DNA from: Candidatus Hodarchaeota archaeon
Lineage (GTDB): Archaea; Asgardarchaeota; Heimdallarchaeia; Hodarchaeales; Hodarchaeaceae
Length of the DNA stretch: 24,000 nt
Reading direction: 5' to 3'
Assembly (NCBI GenBank): GCA_016840035.1
Contig: JAEOTC010000086.1
Coordinates: 50,830 to 74,829, forward strand
The notes under the pieces are model-generated. The model ran no database searches. It had not been told where the DNA came from and saw nothing but the letters and a program-made list of their open reading frames with translations. Position numbers and translations under genes: made by a program. Every line of letters begins with the position of its first letter. Position 1 is the first letter of the stretch. Positions 14,968 through 23,827 of this stretch are shown here, piece after piece.

Positions 14968-15561
14968 ATGGATGACAGGATAATTTTTCTATTGAACCTA
15001 GGAAATAAACAAATGATAAAAGATTCTAAAGGTACTACTTCTTCATCTCTTGGGTGCTTACACATGATTACAGGAGATGGTAAAGGAAAAACTACGTCTG
15101 CATTAGGTATTGCGCTAAGAGCAGCAGGCCATGGATTTAAAATATTGATGATTCAATTCATGAAAAAAGGGTGGAATTATGGAGAATTGAAGGCAGTAGA
15201 ATTAGTTCCAAATTTCAAAATAGTCCAATTCGGAACTCCTGACTTTGTTGACAAAAATAATCCCTTGGAAATCGATTTTCAGGAAGCACGGGCCGGATTA
15301 AATTTTTTTAAGGATGAAATAGACAAATCGTGGGATATTATCATTTTAGACGAAATTAATGTAGTAATTGACTATCAACTAATTCCTGAGCAGGAGATCA
15401 TTATTCTTCTCAGAACAAAACCTAAAAATCTCGAGGTTATTTTGACTGGTAGATATGCTCGAAAGGCCATTATTGACCTTTGTGATTATTATACTAAAGT
15501 AGATTCCATAAAACATCCGTATCAACAAGGAATTATTGCTCGAAAAGGTGTAGAATTTTGA
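14968..15561 (+). CDS. cobA: cob(I)yrinic acid a,c-diamide / cob(I)alamin adenosyltransferase, CobA/CobO/BtuR type
   Basis: ITGDGKGKTTSALGIALRAAGHG P-loop, MIQFMKKGWNYGE, ILDEINVV, LTGRYA. The true start may be the internal ATG at 15013 (MIKDSKG). Confidence 0.85.
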   Translation: MDDRIIFLLNLGNKQMIKDSKGTTSSSLGCLHMITGDGKGKTTSALGIALRAAGHGFKILMIQFMKKGWNYGELKAVELVPNFKIVQFGTPDFVDKNNPLEIDFQEARAGLNFFKDEIDKSWDIIILDEINVVIDYQLIPEQEIIILLRTKPKNLEVILTGRYARKAIIDLCDYYTKVDSIKHPYQQGIIARKGVEF

Positions 15562-17273
15562 CAGCTTCTCCGAATAAACCCAAAAAGACCTCTGAACGCA
15601 AGACTTCTTCCAAACACACTGAACTACTTCAAAAACGAAAAGAGTGGGAGGAAAAATATGAAAAATTGGTGAAAAAGAAGCCTGAAAGGCTACCCAGTTT
15701 CGTGACAACATCAAGCGTCTCGATCAACCGTCTCTATGGGCCTACCGATATACCTATGACATGGAATTATCTTGAGGATTTAGGTCATCCTGGAGAATTT
15801 CCTTTTACTCGCGGGGTACAACAAACGATGTACAGAGGGCGTTTATGGACAATGCGCCAATTTGCTGGTTTTGGAGGGGCAGAAGAGACGAATGAAAGGT
15901 TTAAATTCTTGTTAGCTAATGGTATGACTGGTTTAAGTGTTGCCTTTCATCTTCCTACTCTATATGGACGTGAATCAACTCATCTTATGTCTCTAGGAGA
16001 AGTGGGAAAGCTGGGAGTAGCAATCGATACGTTAAGGGATATGGAAATTCTCTTCGATGGGATCCCACTTGATCAAGTTACTACTTCAATGACTATAAAT
16101 GCACCAGCGGCTATCTTACTTGCTATGTATATTGCAGTAGCTGAGCAACAGGGGATTTCGTCAGATAAGATCGGCGGTACAATTCAAAACGATATTCTTA
16201 AGGAATATATGGCCCAAAAATCTTATATTTTCCCACCAAAACCATCTATGCGTCTCATCGTAGATACGATAAAATACTGTTCCAAAAAGGTCCCGAGATG
16301 GAATACTATTTCAATTTCTGGTTATCATATTCGTGAAGCTGGATCAACAGCAGCTCAAGAACTAGCTTTCACCCTTATTAACGGGTTTGAATATGTGAGA
16401 TGGGCTGTAAAATCCGGGATGGACATAGATGAGTTTGCTCCAAGGCTTTCGTTCTTTTTCAATTCACATAATGATTTTTTTGAAGAAATTGCAAAGTTTA
16501 GAGCAGCTCGCAGAATTTGGGCTAGAAAAATGAAAGAATATTCCCCTAAGAATGAGCGTTCTCTTTGGCTTAGATTCCATACTCAAACTGCAGGATGTTC
16601 ATTAACTGCCCAACAACCGTATAATAATGTTGTTAGAACCACAGTTCAATCTATGGCTGCTGTAATTGGTGGTACACAATCTTTGCATACAAATTCGCTG
16701 GATGAGGCGTTAGCTTTACCAAGTGAAGATGCTGTAGAAATTGCACTCCGAACCCAGCAAATAATTGCTCATGAGAGCGGACTCACAAATACAATTGATC
16801 CCCTGGCGGGGAGCTACTTTGTGGAAAGTCTGACAAACAAGATGGAAGAGGAAGTAGAGGAATATATTCGAAAAGTGGATCAATTAGGAGGAGTGATTCC
16901 TGCAATAGAGAAAGGATTTTTCCAACAGGAGATTGCGAATGCCGCTTATCAGTACCAAAAAGAAATTGAAGCAAACGAGAGAACTATTGTTGGAGTGAAT
17001 GATTTCGCAAAGGATGAACAGATCAAGATACCAATTTTACAAATTGGTGAGGAGATTGCAGAACGTCAAAAGAAACGATTAGAGAAAGTTAAACAAGAAA
17101 GAGATTCAGAATCAGTTGTTAACACATTAGCCAGAATTCGTGAAGCTGCGAAAGGGGACGAAAATCTATTTCCCCTAATTTTGGAAGCTGTTAAATCCTA
17201 TGCATCTATTGGAGAAATCTGTGATGTCCTAAGAGAAGTATTTGGAGAATGGAAGGGAGATTTGTTATTCTAA
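15558..17273 (+). CDS. methylmalonyl-CoA mutase, catalytic (large) subunit
   Basis: 571 aa. FPFTRGV, YRGRLWTMRQFAGFG, NERFKFLLANGMTGLSVAF, TMTINAPA, QNDILKEYMAQ and ISGYHIREAGSTAAQELAF are classic MCM N-domain motifs. The TTG start overlaps the cobA stop (TTGA). Confidence 0.95.
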   Translation: MTASPNKPKKTSERKTSSKHTELLQKRKEWEEKYEKLVKKKPERLPSFVTTSSVSINRLYGPTDIPMTWNYLEDLGHPGEFPFTRGVQQTMYRGRLWTMRQFAGFGGAEETNERFKFLLANGMTGLSVAFHLPTLYGRESTHLMSLGEVGKLGVAIDTLRDMEILFDGIPLDQVTTSMTINAPAAILLAMYIAVAEQQGISSDKIGGTIQNDILKEYMAQKSYIFPPKPSMRLIVDTIKYCSKKVPRWNTISISGYHIREAGSTAAQELAFTLINGFEYVRWAVKSGMDIDEFAPRLSFFFNSHNDFFEEIAKFRAARRIWARKMKEYSPKNERSLWLRFHTQTAGCSLTAQQPYNNVVRTTVQSMAAVIGGTQSLHTNSLDEALALPSEDAVEIALRTQQIIAHESGLTNTIDPLAGSYFVESLTNKMEEEVEEYIRKVDQLGGVIPAIEKGFFQQEIANAAYQYQKEIEANERTIVGVNDFAKDEQIKIPILQIGEEIAERQKKRLEKVKQERDSESVVNTLARIREAAKGDENLFPLILEAVKSYASIGEICDVLREVFGEWKGDLLF

Positions 17274-17289
17274 ATAAGGAAGGAATATT

Positions 17290-17700
17290 ATGAGTACAAA
17301 CCAGAAGATACGTGTCTTATTAGCAAAACCGGGGCTAGATGGTCATGACCGTGGCGTGAAAGTTGTCGCAAGAGCGCTTCGGGATGCTGGAATGGAAGTT
17401 ATCTACACAGGCTTGCATAAGAGTCCGGAGGTAATTATTGAGGCTGCATTACAGGAGGATGTAGATGTCATTGGCCTGTCTAGTTTAAGTGGTGCTCATT
17501 TGGCACTTTTTACTCAGATAATGAAGTTACTCTCGGAAAGAGAAATGGCTGAAGATACTCTTGTCATTGCTGGAGGAATTATTCCTGATGCAGACATTCC
17601 AAAGCTCGAGAAAATCGGTATCAAGGGTATTTTTGGTCCCGGTGCGGATACTGATGACATAACAAATTTTATCAGATCAAATCTTAAACGTACCATATAA
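17290..17700 (+). CDS. methylmalonyl-CoA mutase, B12-binding (small) subunit
   Basis: 136 aa. [10 protein letters not shown] carries the DxHxxG cobalamin-binding motif, followed by SSLSGAH and GGIIP. Confidence 0.93.
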   Translation: MSTNQKIRVLLAKPGLDGHDRGVKVVARALRDAGMEVIYTGLHKSPEVIIEAALQEDVDVIGLSSLSGAHLALFTQIMKLLSEREMAEDTLVIAGGIIPDADIPKLEKIGIKGIFGPGADTDDITNFIRSNLKRTI

Positions 17701-17743
17701 CTGTGATATTGATTTCCATAATCCTACAATATTGGGTTAAAAC

Positions 17744-17890
17744 ATGACGTCCTATTTATGTCAAAAATGCCATCAAGAGATTGATCCCGCCGAGTTGGAA
17801 ACATTACCAGGGATTAGATGTATTATTTGTGGTCATAGAATTCTTTTGAAAAAACGACCCCCAATTATCAAACGATTGAAAACGGATTAA
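17744..17890 (+). CDS. rpoP: DNA-directed RNA polymerase subunit P (Rpo12 / RPABC4)
   Basis: Translated by hand because it is below the ORF-track cutoff: MTSYLCQKCHQEIDPAELETLPGIRCIICGHRILLKKRPPIIKRLKTD. It has the CxxC...CxxCG zinc ribbon followed by RILxKxR that is typical of Rpo12. Confidence 0.8.
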   Translation: MTSYLCQKCHQEIDPAELETLPGIRCIICGHRILLKKRPPIIKRLKTD

Positions 17891-17922
17891 TCAGTGTCGG
17901 ACGACTGAAATCTCTAGATAAA

Positions 17923-17930
17923 TTTATATT
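17923..17930 (+). promoter_or_regulatory. candidate TATA box (TTTATATT) for the SUI1 gene, with a downstream GAGGT Shine-Dalgarno at 17974..17978
   Basis: TTTATATT lies 61 nt upstream of the ATG at 17991. GAGGT lies 12 nt upstream of that ATG. Confidence 0.3.
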
Positions 17931-17990
17931 CTCGCATAAATTAGTGAATGTCAGCTGATTCAACCAGAAATTTGAGGTCTAATTAAAAAA

Positions 17991-18302
17991 ATGGGTGAAA
18001 TTTGTAAAACCTGTGGTTTACCGACAGAGCTCTGTGCTTGTTCGGATATTGCACGGGAAGAACAGACGAGTATTCGTGTTTATATCGAAAGAAGAAAATG
18101 GGGAAGAGAGGTAACGGTGATAGCGGGTCTATCAAAAGACATCGACTTGAAACCTTTAACTAAACGCCTGAAGAAAAAACTTGCAACGGGTGGTACGACA
18201 AAAGAGGGACGTATCGAACTTCAAGGTAATTTCATGCGATTAGTTGCGCCTATCTTGGTGAAAGAGGGTTTTCCTGAATCTTCTATTGAACTACGAGATT
18301 AA
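17991..18302 (+). CDS. translation initiation factor aSUI1 (eIF1 homologue)
   Basis: 103 aa. N-terminal CKTCGLPTELCAC zinc knuckle, then IRVYIERRKWGREVTVI, LKKKLATGGT and IELQG. Confidence 0.9.
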   Translation: MGEICKTCGLPTELCACSDIAREEQTSIRVYIERRKWGREVTVIAGLSKDIDLKPLTKRLKKKLATGGTTKEGRIELQGNFMRLVAPILVKEGFPESSIELRD

Positions 18303-18394
18303 TTCTGTAGATTTCTCTACCTCTGAATTCTTTTCAAAGAGATCTTCTTTACGTAAAAGAATATTTAAGGCCCTTACAGTATTGAAGGATATAG

Positions 18395-18431
18395 AAAAAA
18401 AGTAATCTTCACCTTTTCGAAAGGTGAGATT
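18395..18431 (-). terminator. hairpin plus T7 tract, probable terminator of the DUF211 gene
   Basis: Plus strand 18404..18431, aatcttcaccttttcgaaaggtgagatt, forms a 13-bp stem with one bulged T around a 3-nt tcg loop. On the minus strand it is followed after 2 nt by TTTTTTT (plus-strand A7 at 18395..18401). It lies 41 nt downstream of the stop at 18473. Confidence 0.45.
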
Positions 18432-18472
18432 CAGAATGAATTCTTATTCCTTGTTACTTTTCGCTAGGACGC

Positions 18473-18805
18473 TCAATCTTGAGGTGTTTCAATTGCCTCA
18501 ACTAAGTGCTTGCCAGAAATGACTTGGTCAATTGAATGAATCGAACCGTGTAAGTCATTAATTGCCTTTGAAATCAATTCGTAATCCATATTCGATCCTT
18601 CGAGAACCACTTTTAAATTCTCTGTTTTTGCATCTATTTCCACCAGAGTGCAATTTACGGCATTTACTCCATCAACTTGTTCTAGTGCGGTTGCAAAAGA
18701 AACAAGAGACGGATCATGAAGTTTTAGAACATCTAGCACCAGACGACGCACACCGCCGACCTTTGAAGTACTGCTTCCACCCTTCGAATCAGTTTTGTCA
18801 GACAT
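18473..18805 (-). CDS. DUF211-family protein (conserved archaeal, function unknown)
   Basis: 110 aa. RRLVLDVLKLHDPSLVSFATAL, VNAVNCTLVEIDAKTENLKVVLEG and GSIHSIDQV match my recollection of the DUF211 (COG1888) pattern. Confidence 0.7.
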   Translation of the reverse strand: MSDKTDSKGGSSTSKVGGVRRLVLDVLKLHDPSLVSFATALEQVDGVNAVNCTLVEIDAKTENLKVVLEGSNMDYELISKAINDLHGSIHSIDQVISGKHLVEAIETPQD

Positions 18806-18917
18806 GACCTCTGTGACACCTAAATTTTTTTCCTATTAGAATAGAATACTGTGAGTATTACTCAACGAAAAAGGTTTTTAAACCTTAGGAGAAGAATAAA
18901 TAAAACGTGATGCATGG

Positions 18918-19259
18918 ATGTCAAATCTAAATCGGTTTTTTTCACAGGAAATTGGGGTAAAACCAAAATCCAAAGAAACTCTTAAGAAAAAAAAGCCTAT
19001 CCTTTTCACCCGGAATAAACTCCCCAAAGGACTCAACGATTTATCGAAGGAGGATTTACTAGAATTATTGGAACAGATTTTCCCTCTCATTCCAGGTTTT
19101 TTTTCAAATTTAGCTTGGACTAGACAAAAACTTCTTCCAAAGAATCCAAATATTACCCCCAGCGATCTAGCTAGCGAATTGAACATACCTTTATTAGAAG
19201 CATACTACATTCTGGAGAATCTTCAACAAACCTATTCTTCAGAAAGACCATCGGTTTGA
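18918..19259 (+). CDS. hypothetical small basic protein with a possible C-terminal HTH
   Basis: 113 aa. Lys-rich N-terminus and ITPSDLASELNIPLLEAYYILENL in the C-terminal part. I prefer it to the antisense ORF 18878..19186, whose composition (rich in F, S and R) looks like a shadow frame. Confidence 0.45.
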   Translation: MSNLNRFFSQEIGVKPKSKETLKKKKPILFTRNKLPKGLNDLSKEDLLELLEQIFPLIPGFFSNLAWTRQKLLPKNPNITPSDLASELNIPLLEAYYILENLQQTYSSERPSV

Positions 19260-20515
19260 AACATTATTTCTGCAATGTTTTGGTAAGAATTAAGTTTGTT
19301 TATGGCCTCAGTACACCCTTCAATTAAAGGTGTATTGTTTGATTCTTCAGCTTTTTGTTTTGCGCCCTCGAGTAAAGTTGTAGCTTCATTAAAATGCGCT
19401 ATAGCTTCAGGCATTAGCTGATCGTATTCAACGACCGCATTACAAAACTTAGTCATTGCATCGAAATAATAAATTTGGGGTTGAAATGATGCAGAGAGTT
19501 CTTCACTTGGTAGCTTCGAAAGCATGCCATCCAGAGTTTTACGCGCATTGGTAAAGTTAACAGCAGCCAATTCATTATTATCTTTTGACATATGGTCTTT
19601 TGCTAATGCCTCGTAATACGATGACATCTGAATCAATTCCTGGAGTTCATATTCAATATTACTTTGAATTTTACTTAAAGATCTGTAGAGCTGGGCTGAT
19701 TTACTATACTCCTTGGAGGCTTTGTCATAGATTTCGTTCTCAGATTGAATAATGCCTGTGGAAAAGAATTTTTCTGCTTGTTTTTCCAATTTTTGAATAC
19801 CTAAACTTATAATTTGAACACGGGTTTTGTCAAAATCTTTATTACTAGTTTCTTGTCCTAAGAAACGAGCTTTGCGAAAGAAACGTAAAGCTTGGTACAT
19901 TTCACTCGAATTTGAGGAAGAAATTCCTCGTAAATTGTATAAGAGACCCGTCACATAATAGATATTTCGTAATGAATCAAAATAATGAAAGTAATCCTGA
20001 GATTTCTGTTCAAATTCCAATTCATTTGAGTACCGTTTGATCGCTTCAGTATATAGGATCTCGGCTTGTGCTAGATCATTCTCTTCAAAACTGGTCTGTG
20101 CACGAATGTTTTGGACCCGAGCATCAGTTCTTAGCAATAATCGATCGATATCATATTGCCATCTAGAATAGACTTCTGGAAAATCTTTCTGAATGGTCGA
20201 AATTCCTTCTTGAACCTTCTGGTAATTATTTATTGCTTTAGAAATTCGATTACTGAGAAATAAAAATTCGCTATTAAAGAATAAACGTAAGTTCTGTAAA
20301 AGATGAAGATAGAAATCGATTTCTGGACTTTCTTGCGAGCTTAAAGTCTCATTCAATTCGTCACATATCTGAACTAATTCAGCAATTCTATCTGCTGAAA
20401 TTTGATAGTCCTGAGTAAAGATCTCTTTTAATTTCGTCATAGCAATTTTTTCACTCATATATCGATCCACACTGACAGTTAAAATATGCACAAGTCTATT
20501 CTGGAAAAGAGTCAA
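19232..20515 (-). CDS. all-helical hypothetical protein with TPR-like repeats
   Basis: 427 aa with recurring helical-hairpin-like segments (AEILYTEAIKRYSN, EMYQALRFFRKARFLG, EIYDKASKEYSKSAQLYRSL, AIAHFNEATTLLEGAKQKA). The start may be the internal Met20 (nt 20458). Its 3' end overlaps 18918..19259 by 28 nt. Confidence 0.65.
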   Translation of the reverse strand: MTLFQNRLVHILTVSVDRYMSEKIAMTKLKEIFTQDYQISADRIAELVQICDELNETLSSQESPEIDFYLHLLQNLRLFFNSEFLFLSNRISKAINNYQKVQEGISTIQKDFPEVYSRWQYDIDRLLLRTDARVQNIRAQTSFEENDLAQAEILYTEAIKRYSNELEFEQKSQDYFHYFDSLRNIYYVTGLLYNLRGISSSNSSEMYQALRFFRKARFLGQETSNKDFDKTRVQIISLGIQKLEKQAEKFFSTGIIQSENEIYDKASKEYSKSAQLYRSLSKIQSNIEYELQELIQMSSYYEALAKDHMSKDNNELAAVNFTNARKTLDGMLSKLPSEELSASFQPQIYYFDAMTKFCNAVVEYDQLMPEAIAHFNEATTLLEGAKQKAEESNNTPLIEGCTEAINKLNSYQNIAEIMFQTDGLSEE

Positions 20516-20634
20516 CTGAACATATCAACGTTCTGGTGGAGTAAGAGAATTCAACGATAAAAAACATTTTGATATTTTCTTTAAATCCTCTCTAATATAA
20601 GATAGCAACTAAACAACTGGTATAGGTGCAAGAA

Positions 20635-21663
20635 ATGACTGATTGGACATCTGAAGAAGGTATTTCTGATGAAGAGAAAATTTATTATTACCGTAAGGCT
20701 GGACAGATAGGATATGAGGTATTAAATTCGGTCAAGGACATGATTAAACCCGGAGTTCCTATCATTGAAATTTGTGAAACTGCAGAAAAATTGATCATGG
20801 ATAAAGGAGCTGAAGGTTTCGGTTTTCCAACAAATGTTTCTATTGATAATATTGCAGCACATTATACCAGTCCTTTTGGGGATGAGAGTTTAATTCCTGA
20901 GTCAGGGAGTATAAAACTTGATCTTGGAGTTCATGTGAACGGTTATATTGCAGATACAGCAGTAACGGTAATTCTCTCTGATGAATTAAAGGATCTAAAA
21001 AAAGCAGCTGAAGAAGGATTTTCTGCTGGTATGGAAATCATCCAGGCTGGAACACTTCCCTCAATGGTAGGTGGAAGGATTGAAGAAACCATTACCGGGT
21101 ATGGATATAGACCAATTAAAGAATTAACTGGTCACAAATTAGGACGATATGAGCTGCATGGGGACAAAAGATTACCAAGTGTAAGTGCTCCATTTGACCC
21201 TGCAGAAGCATCCTTAGAGGTAGGAGAAGCTTATGCACTGGAAACTTTTGCAACTACGGGTTCAGGGAGTATTCATGAAATAAAAGGTTCAAGATACATC
21301 TATATGCTCCTTCCACGACGAATTGCGATCCGAAATCCCGTCTCGAGAAAAATATACTCTACGATATACAAAAAGTATAAAACACTTCCTTTCGCGGAAA
21401 GATGGCTCAGTTCATATGACCAATTTAATCCTGCGAGAGTTCGCTTCGCCCTACGTGAATTACTCAATAATGGTGGAGCTATTGTATACCCAACTCTTGC
21501 AGATGAAAAAGGAAGTTACGTTGCACAGTATGAACATACTTTTGTAATTACTGAAAACGATGGTGTAATTATCACAACGAAACCACCATTTAAGTTTGAA
21601 GTTCCAGAATCATTGACAGAAAATGGAACTGATAACAATTCCAAATCTTCTGAAGAGGAATAG
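20635..21663 (+). CDS. map: methionine aminopeptidase, type 2 (archaeal)
   Basis: FPTNVSIDNIAAHYTSP, DLGVHVNGYIADTAVTV, LTGHKLGRYELHG, ALETFATTG and AQYEHTFVIT match the family. The ORF track starts at GTG 20626, but ATG 20635 has GGTG 7 nt upstream. There is an acidic C-terminal tail. Confidence 0.92.
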   Translation: MTDWTSEEGISDEEKIYYYRKAGQIGYEVLNSVKDMIKPGVPIIEICETAEKLIMDKGAEGFGFPTNVSIDNIAAHYTSPFGDESLIPESGSIKLDLGVHVNGYIADTAVTVILSDELKDLKKAAEEGFSAGMEIIQAGTLPSMVGGRIEETITGYGYRPIKELTGHKLGRYELHGDKRLPSVSAPFDPAEASLEVGEAYALETFATTGSGSIHEIKGSRYIYMLLPRRIAIRNPVSRKIYSTIYKKYKTLPFAERWLSSYDQFNPARVRFALRELLNNGGAIVYPTLADEKGSYVAQYEHTFVITENDGVIITTKPPFKFEVPESLTENGTDNNSKSSEEE

Positions 21664-21751
21664 CGAAATCTGCTCCCTGAAAAACTGTTTATTTTGACTC
21701 TGTATTATTCATCATTCGATAGAGGATAATTTCACTAAAATTTACTAATTT

Positions 21752-21782
21752 TTGAATCTACTAGATTCAATAACCTTTTTTT
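21752..21782 (+). terminator. 19-bp perfect palindrome followed by T7: terminator of map, or an operator for the downstream gene
   Basis: TTGAATCTA-C-TAGATTCAA at 21752..21770, then TAACC, then TTTTTTT at 21776..21782. It lies 89 nt after the map stop and 60-95 nt before the next start. Confidence 0.4.
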
Positions 21783-21844
21783 ATTCCTCTTCTAGTTTAG
21801 TACTTAAACAAAAGAAAAGGATAATTCCGAGGATGTAAGAATAC

Positions 21845-23827
21845 TTGGATTTGGAGAAGAATTTACGCCAAATTTTGATGAAACTTCGAACAGATAAGCT
21901 GATAGAAGAAAAAGTTCTACTATCACAGCTCGAGAAATTTGAAAAAATAACCAAGCAGAATATAGCATTACCTTCACCTCCCTTATTAGCAGTTTTGCAG
22001 ACTGTTGACCAAAATCAGCTAATAACAGAATTAAATGCAAAAATGGAAGAACTAGAAGGAAAGATTGAAAGTATAATATCTTCTTGGGAGAGTAACAGAA
22101 TATCAGATGACGAGGCACGTGGTAAAATCTCTTCTCTTGTGGAATTAAAACAGTTTTATGGTTTACAGAGAGAGGGTTTAAATAAATTTGTTATGGAACG
22201 ATTAAATTTTCTTACATCCATTATCAAAGATTCTGGTCAATCTTTTCATGATTTCTTTTTTTCTGAATACGATGAAAACGCTTTAGGAATAGAACCAGAA
22301 GTAAAGAACACTTTCTTAGAAATTTGGATGAAACATCAAGTCGCTGACTATGATCCTAAAAAATCTTCAGATAATCTTTTAGTAAGCGAAATTATAGAGT
22401 CAGACATCTTAAAAGCATTCATATTACCAATTTCTGAAGAAAATCAAGTAAAATTTCATTTAGAGGATATTATCAAACCCTTCCCAGAAATCATTGATCA
22501 AAAACCATTATTTCGAGCCCCTGTAGAACAGAGTATAAAACCTGAAGAATCGATGCAAACAGAGTCACCTTCTTCCCAAATTCCCCCTGGTGACTCAAAT
22601 CTGTGGAGATCAGTCGGACTTCTCGCATTCAATACTGAGAATAAGCCAATAGGATTAATTCGAGCTCCAATCCAGGTACGAAATGTACAATACTTACCAA
22701 TTGTGTTAGAGGAATCACTTTCTTTCATGGATATTAAATCAAGGTATCTTTCATCCCTATATGATTTGGGGATAGATCTAAATACGACTTCCACAGAAAA
22801 AATCCAAAAGAGAATTGCTACAGCGTTGAAAATCCCCCTACAGCTTTCTTTTCAGCCATCATTTTTCAATGAATGGTTAAACCTCTTATCACCTGACTTA
22901 ATGCCACTTAAACCAAAAATTGCTAACGTTTGGTTTTACAAGACGAACACAGTGCATATAACATCAGAAAATTTGATAATTATTGATGATGCAGATTTAG
23001 AAAAAATTACTTTACCTGCTTGGATACCAGCCTCTAGCCCTCATCCTTCTTTTCCTGTCTCAAAGGGTATGATAATTAAAGGTATAGCAGGGACCTATTT
23101 TGGTGAAATTTCGGGAATATTAAGTGAAACACCCTTCGGTCATTCATTGTTGGTTGAACGGGACATCCCTCCCTCGAGTTTATTGGATATATTTATACAG
23201 GGATTAGGGAAACAAAATTTAGCCGAACTTCGATTCTATTTGGCTAAACAATTGAAAGTTGGCGAAGGAGAAGTTTTTTCTCCCGATAATTTATGGAAAA
23301 TTAACTTTCAAGAGAGACTATTACGTTCACCTCATGAGATTGCCATATCATATTATTCAATTGTCCCCTCTTGTGCATTTTTTATGGCACCTGTACTCAG
23401 AGCAAAAATTGGCATTTACTTCAATTCAATTTCCGAATCTTTGCGTTTCTTAATAGGAAAATCTCTGTATAAGAATGATACTCATTTTGGAACAATTTAT
23501 GGATTTAAAGTTGAAGATAATCAGCTTTTTGTGCTATATTCTCCACTTTCGGCTGATCAACTGGTTCAACAAGTTGGGAGAAAACATTCTCATCAACATG
23601 TGGATCGATTTCGTAAGCGAATTTCATTAGCTCTCGCTGTTCCAGAAAATGAAAGCTTGTGGCCAAATAATCTGGCAGTATATTACCTAAATTTTATTTT
23701 TCCAATGAGAGAGGAATTTAACTTGCTACCAAATACTATGGCTGAAATTGAAGCAAAATTCGCCTTAAAGCTAATCTCTTTTTCGGAATTTGATTCAATT
23801 ACAGAGGAAGGGTTATTCTGCAGATGA
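21845..23827 (+). CDS. large hypothetical protein: N-terminal coiled coil plus three tandem copies of a barrel-like/helical module
   Basis: 660-aa ORF; the start is TTG 21845 or ATG 21878. Repeat units lie at aa about 253-348, 406-492 and 534-618 (see finding). Confidence 0.7.
   Translation: MDLEKNLRQILMKLRTDKLIEEKVLLSQLEKFEKITKQNIALPSPPLLAVLQTVDQNQLITELNAKMEELEGKIESIISSWESNRISDDEARGKISSLVELKQFYGLQREGLNKFVMERLNFLTSIIKDSGQSFHDFFFSEYDENALGIEPEVKNTFLEIWMKHQVADYDPKKSSDNLLVSEIIESDILKAFILPISEENQVKFHLEDIIKPFPEIIDQKPLFRAPVEQSIKPEESMQTESPSSQIPPGDSNLWRSVGLLAFNTENKPIGLIRAPIQVRNVQYLPIVLEESLSFMDIKSRYLSSLYDLGIDLNTTSTEKIQKRIATALKIPLQLSFQPSFFNEWLNLLSPDLMPLKPKIANVWFYKTNTVHITSENLIIIDDADLEKITLPAWIPASSPHPSFPVSKGMIIKGIAGTYFGEISGILSETPFGHSLLVERDIPPSSLLDIFIQGLGKQNLAELRFYLAKQLKVGEGEVFSPDNLWKINFQERLLRSPHEIAISYYSIVPSCAFFMAPVLRAKIGIYFNSISESLRFLIGKSLYKNDTHFGTIYGFKVEDNQLFVLYSPLSADQLVQQVGRKHSHQHVDRFRKRISLALAVPENESLWPNNLAVYYLNFIFPMREEFNLLPNTMAEIEAKFALKLISFSEFDSITEEGLFCR

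Noticed and set aside
15379-17696. ORFs 15379..15714(-), 16783..16974(-) and 17514..17696(-), antisense to the cobA and mutase genes
   Set aside because: They are shadow ORFs opposite well-supported conserved genes and carry no motifs.
18562-19186. ORFs 18562..18807(+) and 18878..19186(-)
   Set aside because: The first is antisense to the DUF211 gene. The second competes with 18918..19259(+) and has an F/S/R-rich, shadow-like composition. The choice for the second pair is only moderately confident.
21323-23453. ORFs 21323..21547(+), 21804..22118(-), 22498..22794(-) and 23259..23453(+)
   Set aside because: They are out-of-frame or antisense overlaps with map and the 660-aa ORF, and the longer frames explain the region.
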